64,000 nt of DNA from Tepidiformaceae bacterium (GCA_041488155.1 JBGPOS010000007.1:11107-75106), one strand, 5' to 3'; positions 18,443-27,901 are shown, counted from the first letter of the stretch. Notes: a model not told the origin generated them from the letters alone. Translations and numbers: made by a program.

Positions 18443-18528
18443 TGGCGGAGAGGGAGGGATTCGAACCCCCGGAGCTTTCGCTCACACGTTTTCAGGACGC
18501 GCGCCTTAAGCCACTCGGCCACCTCTCC
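18443..18528 (-). tRNA. tRNA-Ser (class II, long variable arm; anticodon read as UGA), CCA encoded
   Basis: Acceptor GGAGAGG/CCTCTCC, discriminator G, variable arm GAGC-GAAA-GCTC, T loop TTCGAAT. The anticodon arm CGCGT-CCTGAAA-ACGTG places UGA at 34-36 but C at position 33. Confidence 0.8.
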
Positions 18529-18575
18529 ACGATCCATTCTACGGGCGTCCGCACCAGGTGCCCCGGTTAGCACTC

Positions 18576-18605
18576 TTGACACCTGAGTGCCAGTGTTCGG
18601 AAGAT
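18576..18605 (+). promoter_or_regulatory. Possible sigma-70-type promoter for the zinc-ribbon gene
   Basis: TTGACA (18576-18581), an 18-nt spacer, then GAAGAT (18600-18605), about 40 nt upstream of ATG 18646. The -10 element is weak. Confidence 0.3.
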
Positions 18606-18645
18606 GAATAGAACCGCACCTCCTGACGGTCGCCCGAGGATCCTG

Positions 18646-18942
18646 ATGCCGACTTACGAATACCACTGCTCGAAGTGCAAGACCAGGTACGAGCTGCGAG
18701 AGGGCTTCGAGGCCGCGACTTTGCACCCCTGCCAGCAGTGCCGGAAAGGGACGGCGAAGCGGGTCCTCCACGCACCGCGAGTTGTCTTCAAGGGCAGCGG
18801 CTTCTACGCCACCGATAACCGCAGCAAGAGCACGCCGGTGAGCGACTCGAAGGACGGTGTGGAGAAGAGCGAGCCAGCCGAGAAGCCGGCCGAAGTGAAG
18901 CCAGCCGCCACTCCCAGCACAGAGTCGGCAGCCGCCTCCTAA
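18646..18942 (+). CDS. FmdB-family zinc-ribbon protein
   Basis: MPTYEYHCSKCKTRYEL...HPCQQC is the CxxC-x-CxxC FmdB signature. A low-complexity C-terminal tail follows. Confidence 0.8.
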   Translation: MPTYEYHCSKCKTRYELREGFEAATLHPCQQCRKGTAKRVLHAPRVVFKGSGFYATDNRSKSTPVSDSKDGVEKSEPAEKPAEVKPAATPSTESAAAS

Positions 18943-19018
18943 ACCCGAAGCGTTAAGAAGTTAGCACCGGCCAAGAAATACCACCCGCCTGCCCTCCGCC
19001 GTCGTTAGACTGCGGGAC

Positions 19019-20323
19019 GTGGTTCAAGTGGCCGCCGTGCACCGAGTCGACCGAGGCCGGGGTGCGACGCGCCAACGGATAATCGGCGTGGCCCGAGAGA
19101 TGTTTTCACGCGCGGGATACGAGGGCACCACGATGCGGGCGATCGCGGGGGCCTGCGGACTGACGGACCCGGCTATCTACTACCACTTCGCGTCGAAGCG
19201 CGAGCTCCAGTCGGCACTGCTCGTCGAGCCGGAGTATGCCCACCTCGCTCGCCCGCCTGCCGCCGGAGGGTCGCAGGTACGCGAGGCGGTAGAGACGCTG
19301 CTTTCGATGTTCGACCAGTGGAACGAGCAGTCCCAACTGATGTGCATGGCCTTCGTGGAGTGCCTCGAAGGGGACCCGCAGGCCATCTCGTTCAGCCTCC
19401 AGGCGATGCAGACGTACGAGGCGACCATCGCCCAGGTGCTGGCGCCTGTCTGCGGTTCAGAGACGCGGGAAGCCGTCGACGCCATCAGCCGGGTGTTGGC
19501 GGGCGTGCTGGTGGACGCGGCGCTGCGCTACGGGTCAGGCCTGACGGAACGCCTCGAGACGACGCAGGCGCGCTCACGGCGCCGCAACTTCATCGCGCTT
19601 GCGTTGTGGAAGGCCAGCGGGGGAGCAGCGCTCGCGGCCTGCGAGGTCGATCCCTGCGCACACGAACGGCCCGAAAGGCCGGCGTCGCTGCTGGCCCAGC
19701 GCTTTGGGGCGACGGGGCGGCCACGAGCGACCGACTCCACGTGGGCGCGGATCCTCGATGCAGCAATCGAGCTTTTCGGCCGGCAGGGGTTCGAAGGAAC
19801 GACTGTGCGCGAGATCGCAGCGAAATGCCGGATCAGCGACGCCGCGGTCTACCATCACTTCGGTTCGAAGCGGGATCTCCTCCATGCGGCGTGGGAATGG
19901 CCGCGTTCGTGGACCGAAGAGGCAACCCTGCCTCCCGAGGGCATCTCGGACGCTACCCTCGAGGCCCTCGTCGACCTGGTTGCGCTGGGGAGTGCCAGGG
20001 ACGACGCATTTATCCGGCTGCTGTTCCGGCACGCCTTTTCCGGCGACCCTGCTGCACGGGACTCCCGAAACCAGACGGGCGTTCTCTGGATGCGCTTCCT
20101 CGCACATCAGTTCGAACGGAACGTCGAGCCGGCAGTCGCGAACATGTTCGCGGACGCCATAATGATGGTCGGGCTGGGCGAACAGTTTCACAACCGGATC
20201 GAGCACGGGAACGCCTTTCCGGCGTACGTGCTCAGCCCGGAGGCCCGGGCGAGGATGCTCAGGCTCGTCCGGGCTGTCGCGCCTTACCACCTGTTCGTGA
20301 AGGACATTGTTTGCGAGCGGTGA
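19019..20323 (+). CDS. TetR-family regulator with two complete TetR modules fused in one chain
   Basis: Two HTH signatures: RIIGVAREMFSRAGYEGTTMRAIAGACGLTDPAIYYHFASKRELQ (N-terminal) and RILDAAIELFGRQGFEGTTVREIAAKCRISDAAVYHHFGSKRDLL (about residue 240). Each is followed by ~150 aa. Confidence 0.8.
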   Translation: MVQVAAVHRVDRGRGATRQRIIGVAREMFSRAGYEGTTMRAIAGACGLTDPAIYYHFASKRELQSALLVEPEYAHLARPPAAGGSQVREAVETLLSMFDQWNEQSQLMCMAFVECLEGDPQAISFSLQAMQTYEATIAQVLAPVCGSETREAVDAISRVLAGVLVDAALRYGSGLTERLETTQARSRRRNFIALALWKASGGAALAACEVDPCAHERPERPASLLAQRFGATGRPRATDSTWARILDAAIELFGRQGFEGTTVREIAAKCRISDAAVYHHFGSKRDLLHAAWEWPRSWTEEATLPPEGISDATLEALVDLVALGSARDDAFIRLLFRHAFSGDPAARDSRNQTGVLWMRFLAHQFERNVEPAVANMFADAIMMVGLGEQFHNRIEHGNAFPAYVLSPEARARMLRLVRAVAPYHLFVKDIVCER

Positions 20324-20775
20324 TTCAGCGTGTGTCCCGGGCGCGGTGCATGGTGGGGGGAGCGGAGGTTTCCCGGATCGGGCCGGGGTTTCTTGTCCTG
20401 GTGGGGGTAGGTAGCGGCGACACCAGGGCAGTTGCCGAACGACTCGCCGCGAAAGTCGCCGCCCTGCGCCTGTTCGAAGATGCGGGCGGGCGAATGAACC
20501 TCGGGCTTCGGGACGTTGCCGGCGCCGTGCTGTGCGTGAGCCAGTTCACCCTTTACGGCGATTTGCGACGCGGCCGCAGGCCCTCGTTTGAGGCAGCCGC
20601 GCCGGCGGACATCGCGCTCCCGATCTACGAAGCGTTCTGCGAGGCGATCGAGCGCGAAGGCGTTCCATGCGCCCGCGGAGCCTTCGGCGAGCACATGGAA
20701 ATCGACCTGGTGAACGACGGGCCAGTTACTCTTCTTATCGATTCCCAGGACCTGGACCGGCCGCGCCGCCCTTGA
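20320..20775 (+). CDS. dtd: D-aminoacyl-tRNA deacylase
   Basis: A GTG at 20320 overlaps the TetR stop (GTGA). (M)IQRVSRA...GFLVLVGV...SQFTLYGD...RPSF...NDGPVT are Dtd motifs. Confidence 0.9.
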   Translation: MIQRVSRARCMVGGAEVSRIGPGFLVLVGVGSGDTRAVAERLAAKVAALRLFEDAGGRMNLGLRDVAGAVLCVSQFTLYGDLRRGRRPSFEAAAPADIALPIYEAFCEAIEREGVPCARGAFGEHMEIDLVNDGPVTLLIDSQDLDRPRRP

Positions 20776-20832
20776 CCGGAAGCTCGCTCCAACGGCAACG
20801 TGCCATCGACACCAGGCCATGGGACGCACCAG

Positions 20833-22530
20833 ATGCGGATGAGTCGACTGCTTCTCAAGACCCTGCGCGAGCCGCCCGCCGAGGCTGAGCTCGCGAGCCA
20901 CCAGCTGATGCTGCGGGCGGGCCTGATCGCACCCCTGGCTGCGGGACTCTACAGCTTTTCGCCAGTAGGCTGGCGGGCAATCCGGCGGATCGAGGCCATC
21001 ATCCGCGAAGAGATGGACCGCAGCGGCGCCCAGGAGGTCCACCTCCCGGCGCTCCAACCCATCGAGATTTGGGAACAGACCGGGCGCGACCAATCCATGG
21101 GCGCGACGATGTTCCGTCTCGCCGACCGCAAGGAGCGGGGATTCGTCCTTGGGCCAACGCACGAGGAGGTCATGAGCCTCCTGGCTTCGCGCAGCATCCA
21201 GAGCTATCGCGACCTGCCGGTGACGCTCTACCAGATCCAGACGAAGTTTCGCGACGAACCGAGGCCCCGGGGCGGGCTCGTGCGGCTGCGGGAATTCACC
21301 ATGAAGGACGCCTACAGCTTCGACGCAGGCTGGGAGGCGCTCGATGTCTCGTACCAGCTGGCGTTCGATGCCTACGAACGCATATTCCGACGTGTGGGCT
21401 TGCCGGTGCACGCGGTTGCGGCGGACTCCGGGGCCATCGGCGGCAAAGAGAGCCAGGAGTTCGTCTACCTGACGGACGACGGCGAGGATGACATCTTCTT
21501 CTGTCCGGGTTGCGGCTACGCGGCGAACGCCGAGAAGGCGGAGTTTCGGCCCACGCCCGCGATTCCGGGCGAACACCGGCCCATGGAGAAGGTTTCCACG
21601 CCGGGGCGAAGGACGATCGCCGACCTCGTGCAGTTCCTGGGAATCGAACCCCGCGAAACCTGCAAGGCGGTCTTCTACCGCGTCGATGGCAAGCCGGTGT
21701 TTGTGGCCATCCGCGGGGACCTCGACGTCAACGAGATAAAACTCAAGAACGCACTGAAGGCCCACGACGTCGTCCCGATGGACGAGGCTATGGTGCGGTC
21801 GGCGGGGCTGGTGGCGGGTTCTGCTTCGCCCGTAGGCCTGGCCGGCATCCCGATCGTGGCCGACCGCAGCGCCGTCGAGGCCACCAACCTTGTGGCGGGG
21901 GCGAACGAGCCGGACTTCCACTACCGCAACGTCAACCACGGGCGAGATTGGACGGCCAGTCTCGTGGCTGAGATCGCCCTGGCTCGCGCGGGCGACGCCT
22001 GCATCGTCTGTGGCACACCGCTCGAAACGCGGCGCGGCATCGAAATGGGCCACGTCTTCAAACTCGGGACGATGTACTCCGAGGCGCTGGGCGTGCACTA
22101 CCTCGACGACGCCGGAGAACGCCACCACGCGGTCATGGGCTGCTACGGAATTGGCGTCGAGCGCATGCTCGCAGCGGTCATCGAAGAGAACCACGACGCC
22201 AACGGCATCATCTGGCCAGCCGAGGTCGCACCCTACGACGTGCACATCGTCGCGCTTAACGAAGAGCAGGAGGCGGTCAAGGGAGCGCTCATCTCGCTTG
22301 AGGAGGCGCTCCAGGGCGCCGGCCTGGCCGTCCTTGTTGACGACCGGCCGGATTCAGCCGGAATCAAGTTCAAGGACGCCGACCTGCTGGGCATGCCGTT
22401 GCGGATCACCGTCAGCCCCCGGTCGCTGGAACGGGGCGGAGTCGAGTTCCGCGCCCGCCGGTCCGGGGAGACCGAAATCGTGCCCCTGAGCGGGGCGCTG
22501 ACCAGGACCCAGGAACTGCTCGGACGGTAG
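20833..22530 (+). CDS. proS: Proline--tRNA ligase
   Basis: MRMSRLLLKTLREPPAEAELASHQLMLRAGLI matches the bacterial ProRS N-terminus. Class II motifs and an editing-domain insertion are present. ATG 20833 is preferred over GTG 20800. Confidence 0.95.
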   Translation: MRMSRLLLKTLREPPAEAELASHQLMLRAGLIAPLAAGLYSFSPVGWRAIRRIEAIIREEMDRSGAQEVHLPALQPIEIWEQTGRDQSMGATMFRLADRKERGFVLGPTHEEVMSLLASRSIQSYRDLPVTLYQIQTKFRDEPRPRGGLVRLREFTMKDAYSFDAGWEALDVSYQLAFDAYERIFRRVGLPVHAVAADSGAIGGKESQEFVYLTDDGEDDIFFCPGCGYAANAEKAEFRPTPAIPGEHRPMEKVSTPGRRTIADLVQFLGIEPRETCKAVFYRVDGKPVFVAIRGDLDVNEIKLKNALKAHDVVPMDEAMVRSAGLVAGSASPVGLAGIPIVADRSAVEATNLVAGANEPDFHYRNVNHGRDWTASLVAEIALARAGDACIVCGTPLETRRGIEMGHVFKLGTMYSEALGVHYLDDAGERHHAVMGCYGIGVERMLAAVIEENHDANGIIWPAEVAPYDVHIVALNEEQEAVKGALISLEEALQGAGLAVLVDDRPDSAGIKFKDADLLGMPLRITVSPRSLERGGVEFRARRSGETEIVPLSGALTRTQELLGR

Positions 22531-22583
22531 CGACCCCAGGGTCTCTGGGAGCCAGTGCAGCCGATGGCTGGATTGCACCCGCG

Positions 22584-22592
22584 TGCTATACT
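22584..22592 (+). promoter_or_regulatory. Possible extended -10 promoter (TGcTATACT) of the nusA leader
   Basis: TGC-TATACT at 22584-22592. No good -35 element is present. It lies about 55 nt upstream of the nusA ATG. Confidence 0.3.
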
Positions 22593-22616
22593 CTCGGGCA
22601 GGCATTCCTCGCAGGA

Positions 22617-22639
22617 GTGGGCTTGGAGCCCACTTTTTT
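22617..22639 (+). terminator. Intrinsic-terminator-like hairpin plus T6 tract, 9 nt upstream of the nusA start codon
   Basis: GTGGGCT-TGG-AGCCCAC (7 perfect bp) followed by TTTTTT. Sits 87 nt after the proS stop. Confidence 0.6.
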
Positions 22640-22648
22640 GTTGGCACT

Positions 22649-24190
22649 ATGAAGAAGGAATTCGTACTCGCGATTGGCCAGCTGGCGGCCGAGAAGAACC
22701 TCCCGAAGGAGGTTGTTCTCGAGGCCGTTGAGGCTGCGCTTGCCTCGGCGTTCCGGCGCGAGGGCGAGAACGCCCCCAACATCTACGTCAAGATCGACCC
22801 GGAGACCGGGGACATCCATACCTACGAGCAGCGCGCCGTCGTCGACGAGGTCGAGGAGCCGAATCTCGAGATCTCGGTGAAGGAAGCGCAGCGGTACAAG
22901 CGCGACGCTCAGCCCGGCGATGTGCTGGACTTCGAGAAGAAGACTCCAGACAACGCCGGCCGCATCGCGGCGCAGACCGCGAAGCAGGTGGTGTTGCAGC
23001 GGCTGCGAGAAGCGGAGCGCGACGCAGTCTTCGAGGAATACGCGGGCAAGGAAGGCGAGATCGTCGTTGGGACCGTCCAGCGGGTCGAGGCGCGGCAGTC
23101 CGTGATCGAACTGGGCAAAGGTACGGAGGCCGTGTTGCCGTTCAGCGAGCAGGTGCGCAACGAACACCTGCGTTCGGGGCAGCGCGTCAAGGTGATCATC
23201 CTCGAGGTCCAGAAGGCAGCCAAGGGCCCGCAGGTGATCGTCAGCCGGAGCCACCGCAGCCTGCTCCGCCGCCTGTTCGAAATGGAAGTCCCTGAGGTTG
23301 TGAGCGGGGCTGTGGAGATCAAGTCGATCGCTCGCGAGGGCGGCCATCGAAGCAAAGTCGCGGTGTACGCGCGCCTGGCGAGCATCGACCCAATCGGCGC
23401 CTGCGTGGGCATTCGCGGGTCGCGCATCCAGAACATCGTGAACGAGCTCGGCGGCGAACGGATCGACGTGATCAAGTGGGACCCCGACCCGGTGAACTTC
23501 GTTTCGAACGCGCTGAGCCCGGCCCAGGTGATAGAAACCACGGTCGACGTCGACGAGCGACGCGCGACGGTCGTTGTCCCTGATCGGATGCTGTCGCTGG
23601 CGATTGGCAAGGAAGGCCAAAACGCTAGACTCGCGGCAAAGCTGACCGGCTGGCGGATCGACATCCACAGCCAATCAGCGGCCGAGCGGGTCGAGGGCGG
23701 CGCCGACGAGGCCCCATCGAGCTTCGAGCCGTTCGCTCCGGGCGAGACGCCTGACATCGACATCATCGAAGAGGCCGAAGAGGTCGCGGCCGCCGCGGAA
23801 CTGCAGGCGCTGCCCGTGGGCGCGCAAGCGGCAGCGGTGGCGCGCGTTGACGAGGTAGTGGCCCCGACGGACGAAGAGGACATCCTCTTCCCGGCGGCGC
23901 TTGCCCAGATGGAGGTCCCGGACCGCGAGACGCGCGAATCGGAGGACTACGGCGAAGAGGAGATCGAGGAGGAGGGCGAGGAGTACGAAGTCCCGACCAT
24001 GGTAGTGCCCGAGTCCCGGCCGACCGCCATTCGCTTCGCCGAAGACGTGTTGCCCAAACGCCCGGATGAAGTCGAGGACACGACCAAGAAGGCCGGTGCG
24101 AAGAAGGCGAAGCGAGCGACACGGCTCGCCGAAGCCGAAGCCGAAGAGGACATGGAAGAAGAGATCGACTATTCGGGCCGGATCCACTAA
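22649..24190 (+). CDS. nusA: Transcription termination/antitermination factor NusA with a long acidic C-terminal tail
   Basis: MKKEFVLAIGQLAAEKNLPKEVVLEAVEAAL is the NusA N-terminus. S1 and two KH domains follow (...LAIGKEGQNARLAAKLTGWRIDI). The last ~170 aa are E/D/A-rich. Confidence 0.95.
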   Translation: MKKEFVLAIGQLAAEKNLPKEVVLEAVEAALASAFRREGENAPNIYVKIDPETGDIHTYEQRAVVDEVEEPNLEISVKEAQRYKRDAQPGDVLDFEKKTPDNAGRIAAQTAKQVVLQRLREAERDAVFEEYAGKEGEIVVGTVQRVEARQSVIELGKGTEAVLPFSEQVRNEHLRSGQRVKVIILEVQKAAKGPQVIVSRSHRSLLRRLFEMEVPEVVSGAVEIKSIAREGGHRSKVAVYARLASIDPIGACVGIRGSRIQNIVNELGGERIDVIKWDPDPVNFVSNALSPAQVIETTVDVDERRATVVVPDRMLSLAIGKEGQNARLAAKLTGWRIDIHSQSAAERVEGGADEAPSSFEPFAPGETPDIDIIEEAEEVAAAAELQALPVGAQAAAVARVDEVVAPTDEEDILFPAALAQMEVPDRETRESEDYGEEEIEEEGEEYEVPTMVVPESRPTAIRFAEDVLPKRPDEVEDTTKKAGAKKAKRATRLAEAEAEEDMEEEIDYSGRIH

Positions 24191-24203
24191 CGAGGACCCT
24201 CTG

Positions 24204-24512
24204 ATGAACGCGGCCAGGGGACGCCGTCCGCGTCATGTGCCTGAGCGGACGTGCATCGGTTGCCGCGAGGAGCAGGGCAAGCGCGACCTCGTGCGGATCA
24301 TCCGCACGACTGACAAACGGGTGGCAATCGACGCCACCGGCAAGGCCAACGGACGAGGCGCCTACCTCCATCCACTGCAAGCCTGTTGGGAGAAAGCGCT
24401 CAAAGGCGGTAGCATTAGCTACGCACTGAAGATCACCCCGGCCCCGGAAGATGTCGAGGCGCTGCGCGCCTACGCCATGGCGTTGCCGGTAGAAGAAAGC
24501 GAAAGTTTATGA
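24204..24512 (+). CDS. ylxR: YlxR/RnpM family (DUF448) RNA-binding protein
   Basis: PERTCIGCREEQGKRDLVRI...GRGAYLH motif. Classical position between nusA and infB. Confidence 0.85.
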   Translation: MNAARGRRPRHVPERTCIGCREEQGKRDLVRIIRTTDKRVAIDATGKANGRGAYLHPLQACWEKALKGGSISYALKITPAPEDVEALRAYAMALPVEESESL

Positions 24513-26293
24513 CGGCCCAGCCCTCCACCACCACGCCTCGACCTGTCAACATCCCGGCCGCCCTCACGGTCAAAGAGCTGGGCGACCTCCTCGAGGTCAC
24601 GCCGGTCGAAGTCATCAAGCGCCTCATGACCAACGGCGTCATGGCAGCGATAAACCAGACGATCGACTACGAGACGGCCGCCATCGTGGCGGTCGACCTC
24701 GGGTTCGATCCCGATGAGGAGGCGGCCCAGCCCTCAGCCGCGCCTGTAGCTGAAGTCGAAGAGGAAGAGTCTCCCGACGACCCGGCCTCGTTGCAGCCCA
24801 GGCCGCCGGTCGTAACGATTCTGGGCCACGTCGACCACGGGAAGACCAGCCTGCTCGACACGATCCGCAAAACCAAGGTCGCGGCGGGCGAAGCCGGAGG
24901 CATTACTCAGCACATCGGGGCCTACCAGGTCGAGCGGGAGGGCCGGCTGATCACGTTCATCGACACGCCCGGCCACGCGGCGTTCACGGCGATGCGAGCG
25001 CGCGGCGCGCAGGTCACTGACATCGCCGTGCTGGTCGTCGCGGCCGACGACGGGGTCATGCCCCAGACGATCGAGGCCATCAACCACGCCCTGGCTGCAG
25101 GCGTGCCGATCATCGTAGCCATCAACAAGATCGACCTCCCCGGCGCCAACCCCGATCGCGTCAAGCAGCAACTGACCGAACACAACATCGTGGTTGAAGA
25201 CTTCGGAGGGGACGTCGTCGCGGTGCCAGTGTCGGCTACGAAGGGCACCGGAATCGACGACCTGCTCGAAGCCATCAACCTCGTGGCCGAGATCTCCGAG
25301 CTAAAGGCGAACCCGGAGCGGCCGGCGTCCGCGGTCGTGATCGAAGCAGAGCTCGAATCCGGGCGCGGGCCCATTGCGACGGTGCTGGTCCAGCGCGGCA
25401 CCCTTCGCCAGGGCGACGCGGTAGTTGCGGGCGAAATCAGCGGCAAGGTCAAGGCGATGTTTGACTACCGCGGTCAGCGGCTCAGCGAAGCCGGTCCGGC
25501 GACGCCTGCCGTCATCATGGGCCTCGCGGAGGTCCCGGAGGCCGGCGAACGGTTGCGCGTGGTCGCTGATGAGCGGATCGCCCGCGTCATCGTCGATGAG
25601 CGGAAACGCGCTCGCGAAGCGGCCGAACAAACGGACCATGCCCATGTCAACCTGGACACCCTGTTCAACGAGATCAGCGCCGGAAAGCTCAAAGAGCTGA
25701 TTATCATCCTCAAGGCCGACGTCCGTGGGAGCGCGGAGGCTGTCAAGGGGGCGCTTGAACGGCTGAGCACCAGCGAAGTCAAGATAAAGATCATCCACGC
25801 GGCGACCGGGCCAGTGAGCGACTCAGACGTCATGCTGGCCGAAGCTTCGAACGGGATCGTGCTTGCCTTCAACGCCAAGACCGACCCTTCGGCCCGGAAG
25901 CGGGCCGACGCGACAGGCGTCGACATTCGGACGTACGCGATCATCTACCAGTTGCTGGAGGACATCGAAAAGGCTCTCGCCGGGATGTACGAGCCGGTCT
26001 TCAACACGGTCATCGATGGCCACGCCGAAGTGCGGCAACTCTTCAAGTCGAGCAAGCTTGGCCAGATAGCCGGGAGCTTCGTGGTAGACGGGACGCTCCG
26101 CCGAGGGTTGATGGTGCGGGTGCTGCGCAAGGGCCAGGAGGTCGTGAAGACCCGCTGCGAAGGTCTGAAGCGCTTCCAGGACGACGTTAGAGAAGTGCAG
26201 ACAGGGTACGAGTGCGGGATCGTTCTCTCCGGCTTCGACAAGTTCAACGAGGGCGACGTCCTCGAATTCGTCCACGAAGAGCGCGCGAACTGA
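24509..26293 (+). CDS. infB: Translation initiation factor IF-2 (short N-terminal region)
   Basis: ATGA overlap with ylxR. G-domain [17 protein letters not shown] and NKID motifs. C-terminal domains end in ...GDVLEF. Confidence 0.95.
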   Translation: MTAQPSTTTPRPVNIPAALTVKELGDLLEVTPVEVIKRLMTNGVMAAINQTIDYETAAIVAVDLGFDPDEEAAQPSAAPVAEVEEEESPDDPASLQPRPPVVTILGHVDHGKTSLLDTIRKTKVAAGEAGGITQHIGAYQVEREGRLITFIDTPGHAAFTAMRARGAQVTDIAVLVVAADDGVMPQTIEAINHALAAGVPIIVAINKIDLPGANPDRVKQQLTEHNIVVEDFGGDVVAVPVSATKGTGIDDLLEAINLVAEISELKANPERPASAVVIEAELESGRGPIATVLVQRGTLRQGDAVVAGEISGKVKAMFDYRGQRLSEAGPATPAVIMGLAEVPEAGERLRVVADERIARVIVDERKRAREAAEQTDHAHVNLDTLFNEISAGKLKELIIILKADVRGSAEAVKGALERLSTSEVKIKIIHAATGPVSDSDVMLAEASNGIVLAFNAKTDPSARKRADATGVDIRTYAIIYQLLEDIEKALAGMYEPVFNTVIDGHAEVRQLFKSSKLGQIAGSFVVDGTLRRGLMVRVLRKGQEVVKTRCEGLKRFQDDVREVQTGYECGIVLSGFDKFNEGDVLEFVHEERAN

Positions 26294-26318
26294 AGCCACG
26301 CCCGTTCGGGAAATAGCC

Positions 26319-26681
26319 ATGAGCCGGCGAACCAGTCGAGTCAACGAACTACTACGGGCTGAGTTGAGCGAACTGCTGCAGCGCGAAGTGAAGGATCCTG
26401 GCGTCAGCCGGGGCATCCTCTCCATCACGGAGGTCCAGGTTTCGCCAGACCTGCGACACGCGACCGTGTACGTGTCACACCTGGGCGAAGAAGCGGATCG
26501 GGAAGCGGCCCTACGAGGCCTTGCCCGCGCCGCGCGCTTCCTCCACGGCGAATTGATGCACCGCCTGAAGATGCGTCAGGTGCCAGACCTGGTGTTCCGG
26601 TTCGATCCTTCCATCGAACGGGGAGCCCGGCTTGCTTCGCTCATCCACGATGTGAGCGCCGACAGCGTTCCCCGGGCCTGA
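26319..26681 (+). CDS. rbfA: Ribosome-binding factor A
   Basis: RVNELLRAELSELLQREVKDP...ITEVQVSPDLRHATVY is the RbfA signature. Confidence 0.92.
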   Translation: MSRRTSRVNELLRAELSELLQREVKDPGVSRGILSITEVQVSPDLRHATVYVSHLGEEADREAALRGLARAARFLHGELMHRLKMRQVPDLVFRFDPSIERGARLASLIHDVSADSVPRA

Positions 26682-26689
26682 GGGCCGCG

Positions 26690-27598
26690 ATGGCACCGCC
26701 CGCGAACGGTCTCCACGGGATCATCCTTGTCGACAAGCCCGCCGGCTGGACGAGTCACGATGTCGTCGCCAAAGCACGGGGTCTGACCGGCCAACGCAAG
26801 ATCGGGCACACGGGTACGCTCGACCCGATGGCCACGGGGCTGCTCGTCCTGTGCCTCGGGAAGGCCACGCGGCTGGCGGAATACATGACGGCCCACGACA
26901 AGCGGTACGAGGGCGAGATAACCCTCGGGGTCACAACCGACAGCGACGACGCGGCAGGAGTCCCGATCGGGGGAGCTGAGGTTCCTGACTTCGATGACGC
27001 TACTCTTCGGGCGGTTGCAGCGACGTTCACGGGACAGCTACTGCAGCGGCCGCCTGCCTACAGCGCAGTGAAGGTCGGTGGGCGGCGAGCGTACGTGGTG
27101 GCCCGGCAGGGAGGCCGGATCGACCTGGCGCCGCGGCCGGTCCGAGTCTATTCCCTCGACCTTCGCCGGCGCGGTGGCGAGCGCCTCGGCATAGCAGTCG
27201 ACTGCGGGCCCGGGACGTACGTGCGGAGTCTCGCTCGCGACATAGGCGAAGTGCTGGGTTGTGGGGGCCACCTCTCGGCGCTGCGTCGGACCAGGAGCGG
27301 CAGCTTCGGCCTCGCAGAAGCGATTAGGCTCGAAGTCCTGGAGGATCTGTCGAGAGCGCAGCGCATCGAGGAGGTGCTCCTGGAACCCGACGAAGGTGTC
27401 TCGAACCTCGCTGCTGGCATCGTGAGCGACGACCATGCTCGGATGTTCGCCCAGGGGCAGCCGTTCCTGCCCGCCGGCCACACTGACGTTGCTGACAGCG
27501 CTCGAATCTACTCGGCCGGGGGTCGATTCATGGGGGTAGCGAGCGTCGAGGCGGGGGGACTGGTGAGGGCGTCGAAGGTGTTAGATTCGCCGGATTAA
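26690..27598 (+). CDS. truB: tRNA pseudouridine(55) synthase
   Basis: GIILVDKPAGWTSHDVV...GHTGTLDPMATGLL, including the catalytic Asp motif. Confidence 0.93.
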   Translation: MAPPANGLHGIILVDKPAGWTSHDVVAKARGLTGQRKIGHTGTLDPMATGLLVLCLGKATRLAEYMTAHDKRYEGEITLGVTTDSDDAAGVPIGGAEVPDFDDATLRAVAATFTGQLLQRPPAYSAVKVGGRRAYVVARQGGRIDLAPRPVRVYSLDLRRRGGERLGIAVDCGPGTYVRSLARDIGEVLGCGGHLSALRRTRSGSFGLAEAIRLEVLEDLSRAQRIEEVLLEPDEGVSNLAAGIVSDDHARMFAQGQPFLPAGHTDVADSARIYSAGGRFMGVASVEAGGLVRASKVLDSPD

Positions 27599-27631
27599 GA
27601 CTTTATGTCGTCTACAGATACGAATGCAGTA

Positions 27632-27659
27632 TTGACAGAGCGAAGTCCAGCGGTATTAT
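27632..27659 (+). promoter_or_regulatory. Near-consensus sigma-70 promoter
   Basis: TTGACA (27632-27637), a 16-nt spacer, then TATTAT (27654-27659). Located in an AT-enriched gap about 100 nt upstream of ATG 27758. Confidence 0.55.
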
Positions 27660-27757
27660 GCCTGTGGAGCCGGGTTGGTTGCGCAACGGCATACGCGCTA
27701 GATCAATTTTCGCCTGGCTCTTGCTCCGCCCGCGGGGCTTGAAGGAGGACCCACACG

Positions 27758-27901
27758 ATGGAAGCCTATTGCCTGAAGTGTCGAACACGCCGGGAAATGA
27801 AGAACGCCAAGGCGATCACCATGAAGAACGGCAAGCCAGCCACCGAAGGGGTCTGCCCCGTCTGCGGCACCAAGATGTTCAAGATCGGGAAGGCGGCGTA
27901 G
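27758..27901 (+). CDS. 47-aa zinc-ribbon protein (I recall this as DUF5679-like)
   Basis: GAAGGAGGA lies 7 nt upstream of the ATG. MEAYCLKCRTRREMKNAKAITMKNGKPATEGVCPVCGTKMFKIGKAA has CxxC...CxxC. It is too short for the supplied ORF track in this frame. Confidence 0.7.
   Translation: MEAYCLKCRTRREMKNAKAITMKNGKPATEGVCPVCGTKMFKIGKAA

Noticed and set aside
18443-18528. A long-variable-arm tRNA as a possible tRNA-Sec supporting the selenoprotein call.
   Set aside because: The anticodon region reads UGA (Ser), not UCA. The acceptor stem is 7 bp, not 8. The discriminator G and arm geometry fit tRNA-Ser.
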